Part shown: piece by piece, positions 18,901 to 28,626 of the stretch
How the letters are laid out: every line of letters starts with the position of its first letter
Numbering within the stretch: position 1 is the stretch's first letter
From: Patescibacteria group bacterium
Lineage (GTDB): Bacteria > Patescibacteriota > Minisyncoccia > Phycocordibacterales > PALSA-1337
NCBI GenBank assembly: GCA_028865095.1
Contig: JAGWLA010000001.1
Location: 47,244 to 111,243, forward strand
Direction: 5' to 3'
DNA: 64,000 nucleotides
Made by a program: the position numbers and the translations under genes
The notes under the pieces: generated by a model
Database searches by the model: none
Seen by the model: the letters and a program-made list of their open reading frames with translations, nothing else
What the model was told of the DNA's origin: nothing

Positions 18901-20105
18901 ACAAGGCTCGGAAGAGCGCGCCGCTCCTTCTCGCTCTGGCGGGGACTGTCGCCGCTCTCGTCCCGCAATGCCTGATGCGCGGGAGCCAGGCCGCATATAT
19001 GTTCTTCTATGACAAGCTGACGACGTATCCCGGCGACCTCTGGAATTTCTTCGCCAACTACCTGGCCCACGGCCTGCGCTACCCGCCAGAATATCCGGCC
19101 GGCTTGCGCTTCGTCTACGAAGCCGCCGGCTTGTATCGGATCCACAGCTATGAGGCCTTCTTCGCTTTGAATGCAGCCGTCATCGGCGCTTTCGCGGTTG
19201 CGACGACATGGCTCCTCTATCTGATCTTGCGCGAGAGGGCAAGAAGGGAGGGCGGCCGGATCGAGGCTTCGCGCCTGTGGCTTTTCTGGATCCTGGCGCC
19301 GTCGTTCCTGTTCTATGCCGTCTATAACTACGACATCCCGGTCGTCTTCCTCGCGGTCTTAGGCGTCTTCTTTGCTCTGAAGGGGCGTCCGTATGGGGCC
19401 GTGACGGCTCTCGCGGCAGGGACGGTGGTCAAAGTCTTCCCGATCTTCATCCTTCCCGCGCTCATTTGGATGTCGCCGCGCCATCGCCGGCTGCCGCTCG
19501 CGGCGCTCTTCATCGCCATCGTCGTGGCCCTGAATCTCCCGTATGCCCTGACGGACTTCCATTCATGGATATATCCGTATGTCTGGCAGATATCGTCGAA
19601 TCTCACGACCAGCCCGGCGCAGGGGACTTATTGGTGGATCCTCTACCCGCTGACGGGGAAGCTCACCGGCTGGGTCAGCTTAGGGGCTCTCGGCGCGCTC
19701 TATCTCGCCGCTCTTTGGGGCATGTCGGGGCGGCGCTGGCCGGCGGAAGGGGGGTCGGACCGGGCATTCCTGGGCGCCGCTCTCATCGGGATCTCGCTCT
19801 TCCTGCTCACCGACCGCATATATTCGCCGCAGTATGACCTGTATCTGCTCCCGTTCCTGGTCCTGTCTCCTTTCGTCGTCGACAAGAGGCTCTTCTATGC
19901 CGTAGAGATCCCCAATCTGCTGCTGGTGCTTCTCTTGTTCTATCTGCGCGAGCACTATGTCGCGCTGCAGATGCTCTCTTTTATACGCTACGCAGCGCTG
20001 GCGGGCTTGTCTGTCAAGATGTACCGCGATACAAAGGGCAACCTCTGTCAACGGGAATATGGCTCGAGCGGGCCTGCCTTAGAGGGGACACGGTCTCGCC
20101 TGTAA
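18885..20105 (+). CDS. GT-C fold membrane glycosyl (mannosyl) transferase, DUF2029/GT87-like
   Basis: About 10 TM helices and a YSPQYDLYLLPFL motif. Overlaps the preceding gene by 16 nt. Confidence 0.5.
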   Translation: METAMNKARKSAPLLLALAGTVAALVPQCLMRGSQAAYMFFYDKLTTYPGDLWNFFANYLAHGLRYPPEYPAGLRFVYEAAGLYRIHSYEAFFALNAAVIGAFAVATTWLLYLILRERARREGGRIEASRLWLFWILAPSFLFYAVYNYDIPVVFLAVLGVFFALKGRPYGAVTALAAGTVVKVFPIFILPALIWMSPRHRRLPLAALFIAIVVALNLPYALTDFHSWIYPYVWQISSNLTTSPAQGTYWWILYPLTGKLTGWVSLGALGALYLAALWGMSGRRWPAEGGSDRAFLGAALIGISLFLLTDRIYSPQYDLYLLPFLVLSPFVVDKRLFYAVEIPNLLLVLLLFYLREHYVALQMLSFIRYAALAGLSVKMYRDTKGNLCQREYGSSGPALEGTRSRL

Positions 20106-20135
20106 AGGCCTCTTTACATGCAGAGGGCTAACTAC

Positions 20136-20156
20136 AGGGCTATTTGCCCTATTTTA
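20136..20156 (+). terminator. Hairpin plus T-rich tract after the GT-C gene
   Basis: AGGGC-TATTT-GCCCT followed by ATTTTATG...TTTTGCTTTTGTTTTTTT. Confidence 0.4.
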
Positions 20157-20211
20157 TGCACCCATCATTTTGCTTTTGTTTTTTTAGGCTAGCTATATAC
20201 TTTGTGGCGTA

Positions 20212-23200
20212 TCATGATCCTCTTGGCACAAAATCATCGGAGCATGAGCCTCATGCGTTTGGCGTATGTATCAGTGGCGGCGGTGCTCCTGTTTTTTGTT
20301 TCGGCGCAGATGGCTCGCGCCGACACGTCTTCCGGCCTCATAGGATGGTGGCAGTTCGATGAAGGGTCGGGCAGCACCACCGCCGATTCCAGCGGCTTCG
20401 GCAACGACCTGACGGTCTCCGGCCCTGCATGGGTCTCGGGCCAATCGGGGCAGGCGCTCTCGTTCAACGGCACAAGCGATGTCCTCGATCTCGGGAAGCC
20501 GATCCTTCCCGCGCTGCCGTTGGCGAGCTCGACGACGTTCTCGGCGTGGGTCAAGACCGTCGACCCTGTGCATTGGGCTGGCATCGTGTCGCAGTATAAG
20601 ACTCTCGGCGGCGCATATATCATCCTCCGGGTCAGGCTCGATAACGGCGCCGCCGATTTCACCTTCAAGGATGTCAACGCGAACGAGGTCGAAGCGGTCG
20701 GCACGACCGACCTGCGGGACGGTTCCTGGCATCTCGTCACGGGCGTGATCGACCGTTCGAACAGGCTGGCGCATGTCTACGTGGATGGCGCCGAAGAGGG
20801 GACGCCCGCGCCCGACACGACCAACATCGACATGTCGTTCCCATCGCCGAACAGGGACCTCCAGATCGGCGCCAACCAGACGGGTTTCTTCTCCGGGTCG
20901 ATCGACGATGTCAGGGTGTACGATCGCGCCCTGTCGGCCACGGATGTCGCCGAGCTCCATGCCAATGCCGGCCCTCCTATGCTCACGCTGCAGTCCGCCT
21001 CGCCGGTCAGCTCGACCACGGCGACCCTCAACGCCACGATCATCTCGACCGGCAGCAGCACGGTGACGGTCCGCGGCTTCGAATATGGGGCGACGACGAC
21101 ATATGGAAGCCTCCTCTCGGAGACCGGGAGCTACGGGACCGGGTCGTTCGCTCTGGGCGCGTCGGCGCTGGCGTGCGGCACGACCTATTACACCCGCGCC
21201 TTCGCGACGAACCAGTACGGCACCGCTTCGAGCACGGGCGGCAGCTTCACGACCTCCGCGTGCCCGATGACGCTGCCGGCTGTCGAGAGCTCGTCGACCG
21301 TCTCTGACATCACCCAGTCGTCGGCCACCCTCAACGGCGCCATCGTCTCGAGCGGGAACGGCACGATCACTCAGCACGGGTTCGTATATGGCACGGCTTC
21401 GAACCTCTCGGGCACGGTCGCCACGACGACGGGCGGCCAGTTCGTCGGCACGGGCCCCTTCATATCGTCCTCGGCTCGGCAGATCGCCGGCCTCTCATGC
21501 AACACGACGTACTATTTCGAGGCGTATGCCACTAATGCCATGGGCACGAGCTACGGCTCGATCCTGTCGTTCCAGACCGGGGCATGCTCATCCGGGGGCT
21601 ATTCCGTGTATTACGTCGACCAGGCGTCCGGCAATGACGCGAACGCATGCTCGATAACGTCGAAATGCGCCACCATCGGAGAGGGCATATCGAAGCTTCA
21701 TGCGGGCGACACGCTCGTCATAAGCTCGGGCACGTATCATGAATATATCAACAATTCCATCCCGTCCGGCATCAATTGGGATTCGCCGACGACCGTCGAG
21801 GCCGCTCCGGGCGCGACGGTCGTGCTGGCGCCGACCCTCGCGCAGAACCCGTACCGCGCTCTCTATTTCAGCGGGGCCGGGGTATCGTATATCGTCGTCA
21901 GCGGGCTTACGCTCGATGCGACGAACGTGCAATATGAAGCCGTGAAGGTGACGACGGGGGCCAACCATGTGCGCCTTTCCAATATGGAGATAAAGAATGC
22001 CCCGACTATGGGCATCCTCATGACCGATGACGGTACCTCGTACAACGAGGTCATCGATTCGTATATCCATGACAACGGGAATGATCCGGGCGGCAACGGC
22101 CTCCTGCACGAGATCTATCTTTCGACCAATGCGAATATCATCGACGGCAACACCCTCGATTGCGGGGCGCTCAATCCGGGAGGGAAGGGCATACAGCTCT
22201 ATGGTTCGACGGGCATGAATGACAATATATTCCGCAACAATGTCATCAGAGACTGCTCGACGGGCATAGGCGTATTCGGAGGCACCGGCAACCTTGTCTA
22301 TAACAACATCCTCTACCACCTTCTGATCGGGGTCCAGCTCCAGGGATACGAGGCGCTCGATGGTGCCGGGGTGTATAACAATACGATCTATGACATGTAC
22401 CAGACGGTGGATGGCGGCGGCGTCGGCATCAATGCGGTGAATTCAGGCCTCGGCACGAGCCATGTCAACATCGAGAACAATATCGTGTACCTTTCGTCTT
22501 CGACGCCGGTCATCAATAACAGCGTCGGAGGGGTCACTTCCAACAATCTGACCTCTAACCCCGGCTTCACCGATCCGGCCGCCCATGATTTCAGCATCTC
22601 TTCGACCAGCCCCGCCGTCGATGCGGGCGTGCCGGTGAACGGCGTCGCCGTCGACATCCTTGGCGTGAACCGTCCGCAAGGCTCCGCATACGACATCGGC
22701 GCATATGAATATTTCAGCTCCTCGAACGTGACGGCTCCTACCGTCGGCCAGTCGACGATAACGAGCATCACTGAGTCGTCGGCGTATCTGACGTCCTCTA
22801 TATCGTCGATCGGGGGCAGCGCTGCCACGGCGAGAGGGTTCGTGTTCGGCAGCACGACCGTGTATGAGGCCGGCACAAGCACGGAAGCGGGAAGCTTCCA
22901 GGCCGGCGGGTTCTCTGTCGCATTGAACGGCCTTGCATGCGGCGCTTCGTATCATGTGCGCGCATACGCGGCGAATGTCGCCGGCGTTTCATATGGCTCT
23001 GACGCGACATTCACGACGAGCCAGTGCGCTTCTCCCGATTCCTCGACGACTGACCAGACAGGCGGCGGCTCGACAGGCGGCGGCGGAGGAGGAGGCGGAG
23101 GAGGCGGCGGCTCGACAGGCGGCGGAGGCGGAGGAGGCGCTGCGTACAACGCGCCTACGGCGACGGTCCTTTCCCCTACGTCGGCGCTCGTCTCCTGGAA

Positions 23201-23984
23201 TACGTACATGCCTTCTTACGGCAAAGTCTATTACGGACGATCTGCGGGGTCATACACGGCCGCAACTTCATCCGCAGAGATCGTCACTGCCCATTCCTTC
23301 ATCTTGTCCGGCCTCGTCCCGAATACGCTGTACCACTACTACATATCCTCTACCGTTCCGGGCGGCGCTATAAGCGCTTCGCCCGACCATGCTTTCACGA
23401 CGGCGACCGGTACAGCGGCCGGGGCGGCGCTCCCCGCGCCCGTACCCGGCTGTCCTGCCGGAATGGTCTGTACGCCTATACCGGGATATTCCGCAGCGTC
23501 AGAGCAGAATTTCACCCGCGATCTCACGATCGGTTCCCGGGGAAGCGACGTGAGCGCTCTTCAGGATATCCTCATCTCGGCGGGCCATCTGGCGCAGAAC
23601 CTCAAGACCGGCTACTTCGGGCCTCTTACGCAGTCGGCCCTGGCAAAATATCAGTCCGCGAACGGCATCGTGCCGGCATCGGGGTACTTCGGGCCGATCA
23701 CCCGAGGCTTCTTGGGAGGGGCATCGGCAGCTTCGCCCGCTCCGGCGCGGTCGGCATCGCCGTCTTTCTCGAGAGATCTCACTGTCGGTTCGAGAGGCTC
23801 AGACGTCACCATTCTCCAGGCCATCCTTATAGGACAAGGGTTCTTGGAATCCCGTTATGCTACCGGCTACTTTGGGCCTCTTACGCAGTCGGCCCTGGCA
23901 AAATATCAGTCCGCGAACGGCATCGTGCCGGCATCGGGGTACTTCGGGCCGATCACCAGGAATCGGCTGACATCGTCGCATTGA
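20212..23984 (+). CDS. Giant secreted surface protein (P3): LamG-like lectin domain, FN3 repeats, right-handed beta-helix, poly-Gly linker, two tandem peptidoglycan-binding domains
   Basis: Signal peptide MRLAYVSVAAVLLFFVSAQMARA. LamG-like GLIGWWQFDEGSG...DDVRVYDRALS. Beta-helix repeats (NNVIRDCSTGIGVFGG...). GGGSTGGGGGGGGGGGGSTGGGGGGG linker. Two PG-binding repeats at the C-terminus. Start could be 20202 (GTG), 20212 or 20241. Confidence 0.75.
23611..23955 (+). repeat. Two copies of a 93-bp near-identical direct repeat (1 mismatch) about 250 bp apart, duplicating the PG-binding domain
   Basis: GGCTACTTCGGGCCTCTTACGCAGTCGGCCCTGGCAAAATATCAGTCCGCGAACGGCATCGTGCCGGCATCGGGGTACTTCGGGCCGATCACC occurs at 23611-23703 and 23863-23955. 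Confidence 0.8.
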
Positions 23985-24159
23985 GTCCTCTCTGAAGAGG
24001 CCGTTGCTTGCGCAAGCATAGCCTCTATGCTATCCTCTACCTCGCGCGCCTCACGGCGTTTTATAAGTCGCTATTAACAGATTCATCTTTGGCTCTCGCC
24101 GTACGGCTATCACGCCCGGACGATGCGGGCCAAAGCTCTGAAGCAATAATACAAATAAC

Positions 24160-25347
24160 ATGGCAGCAGAATTCAATCGCACCAAGCCCCACGTCAACGT
24201 GGGCACCATCGGCCACATCGACCACGGCAAGTCCACTTTGACCGCCGCGCTCGTAGCCGTCCAGTCCAAGAAGGGCATGGCCAAGGAGAAGGCCTATGCC
24301 GAGATCACCAAGGGAGGCACCGTCCGCGACGCCACCAAGACCGTCACCATCTCTCTGTCACACGTCGAGTACGAGTCCGATAAGAGGCACTATGCCCACA
24401 TCGACGCTCCTGGCCACGCCGACTACATAAAGAACATGATCACCGGCGCCGCCCAGATGGACGGAGCCATCCTCGTCGTGTCCGCTACCGACGGCGTCAT
24501 GCCCCAGACCCGCGAGCACGTCCTCCTGGCCTACCAGGTCGGCGTCCCCAAGATCGTCGTCTTCCTCAACAAGTGCGACCTCGTTCCGGAGAAGGACCTT
24601 ATCGACCTGGTCGAGGAGGAAGTGCGTGAGCTCCTCACCAAGAACCACTATGACGGCAAAGGCGCCCCGGTCATCCGCGGCTCCGCTACCGGCGCTATCG
24701 AAGGCAAGGCCGAGTGGGTCGCCAAGATCGACGAGCTCATGAACGCCCTCGACACCTATATCCCCGACCCGGTCCGCGAGACCGACAAGCCGTTCCTGAT
24801 GCCGATCGAGGACATCTTCTCGATCGAAGGCCGCGGCACCGTCGTCACCGGCCGCATCGAGCGCGGCCAGGTCAAGGTCGGCGAGGAAGTCGAGATCGTC
24901 GGCTTCAAGGACACGACCAAGACCACCATCACCGGCATCGAGATGTTCAATAAGTCCCTGAAAGAGGGCATCGCGGGCGACAACGCCGGCTTGCTCCTTC
25001 GCGGCACCGCCAAGGACGACGTGTCCCGCGGCCAGGTCCTGGCCAAGCCGGGCTCCGTCAAGCCGCACACCGAGTTCGAGGCCGAGGTCTACATCCTCAA
25101 GAAGGAGGAGGGAGGCCGCCACACCCCGTTCTTCACCGGCTATAAGCCCCAGTTCTATATCCGCACGACCGACGTCACCGGCGAGGTGACCCTCCCCGAG
25201 AAGGTGGAGATGGTCATGCCGGGAGACACGGTGACCTTCAAGGTCAAGCTCGTCGCCCCGGTCGCCCTTGAAGACAAGCAGCGCTTCGCCGTCCGCGAAG
25301 GAGGCAAGACCGTCGGCGCCGGCGTCGTCACCAAGGTCGTCGCATAG
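24160..25347 (+). CDS. tuf: Elongation factor Tu
   Basis: [25 protein letters not shown]. Confidence 0.97.
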   Translation: MAAEFNRTKPHVNVGTIGHIDHGKSTLTAALVAVQSKKGMAKEKAYAEITKGGTVRDATKTVTISLSHVEYESDKRHYAHIDAPGHADYIKNMITGAAQMDGAILVVSATDGVMPQTREHVLLAYQVGVPKIVVFLNKCDLVPEKDLIDLVEEEVRELLTKNHYDGKGAPVIRGSATGAIEGKAEWVAKIDELMNALDTYIPDPVRETDKPFLMPIEDIFSIEGRGTVVTGRIERGQVKVGEEVEIVGFKDTTKTTITGIEMFNKSLKEGIAGDNAGLLLRGTAKDDVSRGQVLAKPGSVKPHTEFEAEVYILKKEEGGRHTPFFTGYKPQFYIRTTDVTGEVTLPEKVEMVMPGDTVTFKVKLVAPVALEDKQRFAVREGGKTVGAGVVTKVVA

Positions 25348-25379
25348 CCCGAACGATAGAGAACGATCATCCACTACCG

Positions 25380-25766
25380 ATGGCAACTCCCAAAGACACA
25401 GCTAAGAAAGAGGCCGCAACGAAGGCGCCCCGCGCCCGCAAGGCCAAGGAAGCGGGAGAGGCTCCTCACCTCCGGATCCGCGTCCGCGCGTACGAGCATA
25501 AGATCCTCGATGCGTCGCTCCGCCAGATCATGGACACCGCCGCCCGGTATGACGCCGAAGTCAACGGCCCCGTGCCTCTGCCGACCGAGATCAAGAAGTA
25601 CACGGTCAACCGCTCCTCGTTCATAGACAAGAATTCCCGCGAGCAGTTCGAGATGCGCGTCCATAAGCGCTTGATCGACATCGTCAACCCCAATCCGAAA
25701 GTGATCGAAGCCCTGACCAACCTCAGCTTGCCGTCCGGCGTGAACATAGACGTCAAGATGATGTAA
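25380..25766 (+). CDS. rpsJ: 30S ribosomal protein S10 (with a Lys/Ala-rich N-terminal extension)
   Basis: LRIRVRAYEHKILDAS...GPVPLPTE matches S10. Confidence 0.93.
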   Translation: MATPKDTAKKEAATKAPRARKAKEAGEAPHLRIRVRAYEHKILDASLRQIMDTAARYDAEVNGPVPLPTEIKKYTVNRSSFIDKNSREQFEMRVHKRLIDIVNPNPKVIEALTNLSLPSGVNIDVKMM

Positions 25767-25799
25767 TACCGACGGCGCCGCCGTGCCGACCATAATCCC

Positions 25800-26411
25800 A
25801 TGAAATTCATCCTCGGAAGAAAGCTGAATATGACGCAGATATACGGCCAGGACGGCTCCGCCACTCCTGTCACCGCGGTCGCCGTGCGCGGCAACGTCGT
25901 CACCCAGGTCCGCACCAAGGACAAGGACGGCTATGAAGCCGTCCAGATAGGCGAGGGAAGCCGCGCCGCCGGCCGCATCGCCAAAGCCCAGATCGGCCAA
26001 TGGAAGGACCTCGGCTCGTTCGCCGTGGTCAAGGAGTTCCGCGCCGCCGCGCCGTCCCTCAAAGCGGGCGACAAAGTCGACGCGTCTCTGTTCAAGGCCG
26101 GCGATACCGTCGCCGTCTCTGCGATCTCCAAGGGCAAGGGCTTCCAGGGCGTGGTCAAGCGCCACGGCTTCGGCGGCGGCCCTCGCTCGCACGGCCAGAA
26201 GCATTCCGAGCGCGAGCCGGGATCGATCGGCGGCGGCCTCCGCACCCGCGTGCCGGTAGGGACCCGCATGGCCGGCCGCATGGGCTCCGACCGCATCACG
26301 GTCAAGAACCTCACCGTCGTCCATGTTGACCTCGACGACAGCATCCTGTATGTTTCCGGAGCAGTGCCCGGCCGCCGCGGCACCCTCGTCGAGATCGTCT
26401 CGGAAGAATAA
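25800..26411 (+). CDS. rplC: 50S ribosomal protein L3
   Basis: MKFILGRKLNMTQIY matches the L3 N-terminus. Confidence 0.93.
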   Translation: MKFILGRKLNMTQIYGQDGSATPVTAVAVRGNVVTQVRTKDKDGYEAVQIGEGSRAAGRIAKAQIGQWKDLGSFAVVKEFRAAAPSLKAGDKVDASLFKAGDTVAVSAISKGKGFQGVVKRHGFGGGPRSHGQKHSEREPGSIGGGLRTRVPVGTRMAGRMGSDRITVKNLTVVHVDLDDSILYVSGAVPGRRGTLVEIVSEE

Positions 26412-26436
26412 GCTAAGCGGCCGCATATATACACAC

Positions 26437-27087
26437 ATGGAAGCCCCCGTATACAACCAATCAGGAAAGAAGACCGGCATGGTCGCGCTGCCGGAGAGCG
26501 TCTTCGGCGTCCCGTGGAACGCCGACCTCGTCCATGAGGTCGTGCGCCTCATGAACGCCAATTCCCGCTCGTCCGTCGCCAATGCCAAGACCCGCGGGGA
26601 AGTGCGCGGCGGCGGCAAGAAGCCATGGAGGCAGAAGGGCACCGGCCGGGCCCGCCACGGGTCGAGGCGCTCCCCGATATGGGTGGGCGGCGGCGTGACC
26701 CATGGCCCCCGCGCGGAGAAGGAATACGGGCGCAAGATCAACCGCAAGGCCCGCCAAGCGGCCCTTCGCGCGGTCCTGTCCCGCAAGCTCAAGGACGGCG
26801 AGATCATATTCCTCGATTCCATCAGCTTCTCCTCTCCCAAGTCGAAGGACGCCAAAGCCGTCTTGGCCGCCCTCGCAGGGATCAAGGGCTACGAGAAGCT
26901 CGCCGTCAAGAAGACGAACGCGGCCCTGATCGCCCTGCCTGCCAAGACCGAGGCCGTCATCAAGAGCTTCCGCAATTTCGGCAACGTCTCCGTCGAAGAG
27001 TTCCGCACTATCAACCCCGTCTCCGTCCTCGGCCACTCTTTCCTGGTCATCGCCGATCCGGAGGCGTCCTTGAAGCCCCTCTCTTAA
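26437..27087 (+). CDS. rplD: 50S ribosomal protein L4
   Basis: L4 family. Start at MEAPVYNQ; the extended ORF from 26323 overlaps rplC and is unlikely. Confidence 0.9.
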   Translation: MEAPVYNQSGKKTGMVALPESVFGVPWNADLVHEVVRLMNANSRSSVANAKTRGEVRGGGKKPWRQKGTGRARHGSRRSPIWVGGGVTHGPRAEKEYGRKINRKARQAALRAVLSRKLKDGEIIFLDSISFSSPKSKDAKAVLAALAGIKGYEKLAVKKTNAALIALPAKTEAVIKSFRNFGNVSVEEFRTINPVSVLGHSFLVIADPEASLKPLS

Positions 27088-27091
27088 TACC

Positions 27092-27574
27092 ATGCCTCTC
27101 TTCGGATTCAGAAAAGACAAGAAGCACGAGCAGAGCCACATCCAGGCGCAGGCCGAGCTCTCCAAGAAGTCCCTCTCGGGAGGGAAGAGGAAGCCTCGCG
27201 CCGCCCGCTCCGTCGCGGCCCCCGCCACAGTATCCTCGAAAGTCGTCACCAAGGACCCCGGCGCCGCCAAGATCGGCCCGGCCGCTCCCGTCGGAGGCTT
27301 TTCCGGCGCGGCTGCCATCGTCCGCCCGCGCATCACCGAGAAGTCCGGCATATTGAGCCAGGGCGGAGTCTATACCTTCGAGATATCGGCATCCGCCACC
27401 AAGGGCACCGTCGCTGCGGCTGTCGCCTCCCTTTATAAGGTCTCTCCCGTCAAGGTCGCTATCATCAACGGCCCGGCCAAGAAAGTGTTCATCCGCGGCC
27501 ATAGGGGCGTCGTGCCGGGCATCCGCAAGGCCGTCGTCACCGTCAAGAAGGGAGAAAAGATCGATTTCATATAA
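27092..27574 (+). CDS. rplW: 50S ribosomal protein L23 (with a long N-terminal extension)
   Basis: C-terminal ~95 aa match L23 (RPRITEKS...VKKGEKIDF). N-terminal ~65 aa are low-complexity and the start is uncertain. Confidence 0.85.
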   Translation: MPLFGFRKDKKHEQSHIQAQAELSKKSLSGGKRKPRAARSVAAPATVSSKVVTKDPGAAKIGPAAPVGGFSGAAAIVRPRITEKSGILSQGGVYTFEISASATKGTVAAAVASLYKVSPVKVAIINGPAKKVFIRGHRGVVPGIRKAVVTVKKGEKIDFI

Positions 27575-27578
27575 ACCA

Positions 27579-28433
27579 ATGAAGACCTACCGCCCCACCA
27601 CAAAGTCCCGCCGGCACATGACCACCCTGCCGTTCAAGCAGTATCTCACCGCGTCCGAGCCGTATAAGCCGCTCACTTCGGGCTTCAAGCGCGATGTCGG
27701 CAGGAACGCCCATGGCCGCATCACCGTCCGCCACAAGGGCGCAGGGCATAAGAAGCTCTACCGCGCCGTCGACTTCTTGTACGACAAGCGGGACATCCCG
27801 GCGACGGTCCAGACCGTCGAATATGATCCTTTCCGCACAGGCTATATCGGCCTCGTCGCCTATCGCGACGGCGCCAAGCGCTATATCCTCCTGCCCAAGT
27901 CCATGAAGGTCGGCAGCACCTTCATCGTCTCCGAGAAGGCCCCTATCGAGACCGGCAACCGCTTGCCGCTCAAGAACATCCCGGTGGGCACATTCGTGTA
28001 CAACATCGAGATCAAGCCGGGCTCCGGAGCCAAGATGGTCCGTTCCGCAGGCTCGTTCGGCCAGGTCGTCGCCAATGACGCCGGCTACACCCATATCAAG
28101 ATGCCGTCGACCGAGGTCCGCAAGGTCCACGAAGACGCCTGGGCCTCCATCGGCGCCGTCTCCAACGAAGAGAATCGCCTCGTCCATATCGGCAAGGCCG
28201 GCCGCTCGCGCTGGATGGGCATCCGCCCGACCGTCCGCGGCACCGCCCAGAACCCTGTCGACCATCCGTACGGCGGAGGCGAGCAGCGCCAGGGCCGCGG
28301 CTTGCGCCGCCTGAAGACCGCGTGGGGCAAGCCCGCCGGCAAGGGCCAGAAGACGCGCACCCCGAAGAAGTATTCGAACGTATTCATCGTATCCCGCAGG
28401 CAGCCGGGAAGGTTGATGCGCAAGAACAGCTAG
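27579..28433 (+). CDS. rplB: 50S ribosomal protein L2
   Basis: L2 family signature, including GRNAHGRITVRHKGGGHK-like and PVDHPYGGGE segments. Confidence 0.96.
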   Translation: MKTYRPTTKSRRHMTTLPFKQYLTASEPYKPLTSGFKRDVGRNAHGRITVRHKGAGHKKLYRAVDFLYDKRDIPATVQTVEYDPFRTGYIGLVAYRDGAKRYILLPKSMKVGSTFIVSEKAPIETGNRLPLKNIPVGTFVYNIEIKPGSGAKMVRSAGSFGQVVANDAGYTHIKMPSTEVRKVHEDAWASIGAVSNEENRLVHIGKAGRSRWMGIRPTVRGTAQNPVDHPYGGGEQRQGRGLRRLKTAWGKPAGKGQKTRTPKKYSNVFIVSRRQPGRLMRKNS

Positions 28434-28590
28434 CCATCCTCGATGACAGCCGCCGCCGACAGCTCCTCCAAGGGGCATCACCCCACATTCTCGTTCATCG
28501 CCAGGAACCTCAAAAGCCTGGTCGAGATGTTCATAGAGATGATCGTCGGCACCAAATAACGGGGCGCGGGAGGTTATCCGCACTGCGAAG

Positions 28591-28611
28591 GGGCGGCTAT
28601 GCCGCCTTTTT
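28591..28611 (+). terminator. Intrinsic terminator after rplB
   Basis: GGCGGC-TAT-GCCGCC followed by TTTTT. Confidence 0.55.
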
Positions 28612-28613
28612 GA

Positions 28614-28619
28614 TATACT
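28614..28619 (+). promoter_or_regulatory. TATACT -10 box 7 nt upstream of ATG 28627 (HlyD gene)
   Basis: GATATACTTGAGGGCATG. Confidence 0.4.
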
Positions 28620-28626
28620 TGAGGGC

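Noticed and set aside
26323-26436. Extended N-terminus of rplD overlapping rplC by ~90 nt
   Set aside because: The conserved L4 N-terminus begins at MEAPVYNQ (ATG 26437). The upstream extension would overlap rplC out of frame.
24358-26885. Long minus-strand ORFs (342 aa and 503 aa) antisense to tuf, rpsJ, rplC and rplD
   Set aside because: Antisense to highly conserved genes. No domain signatures.
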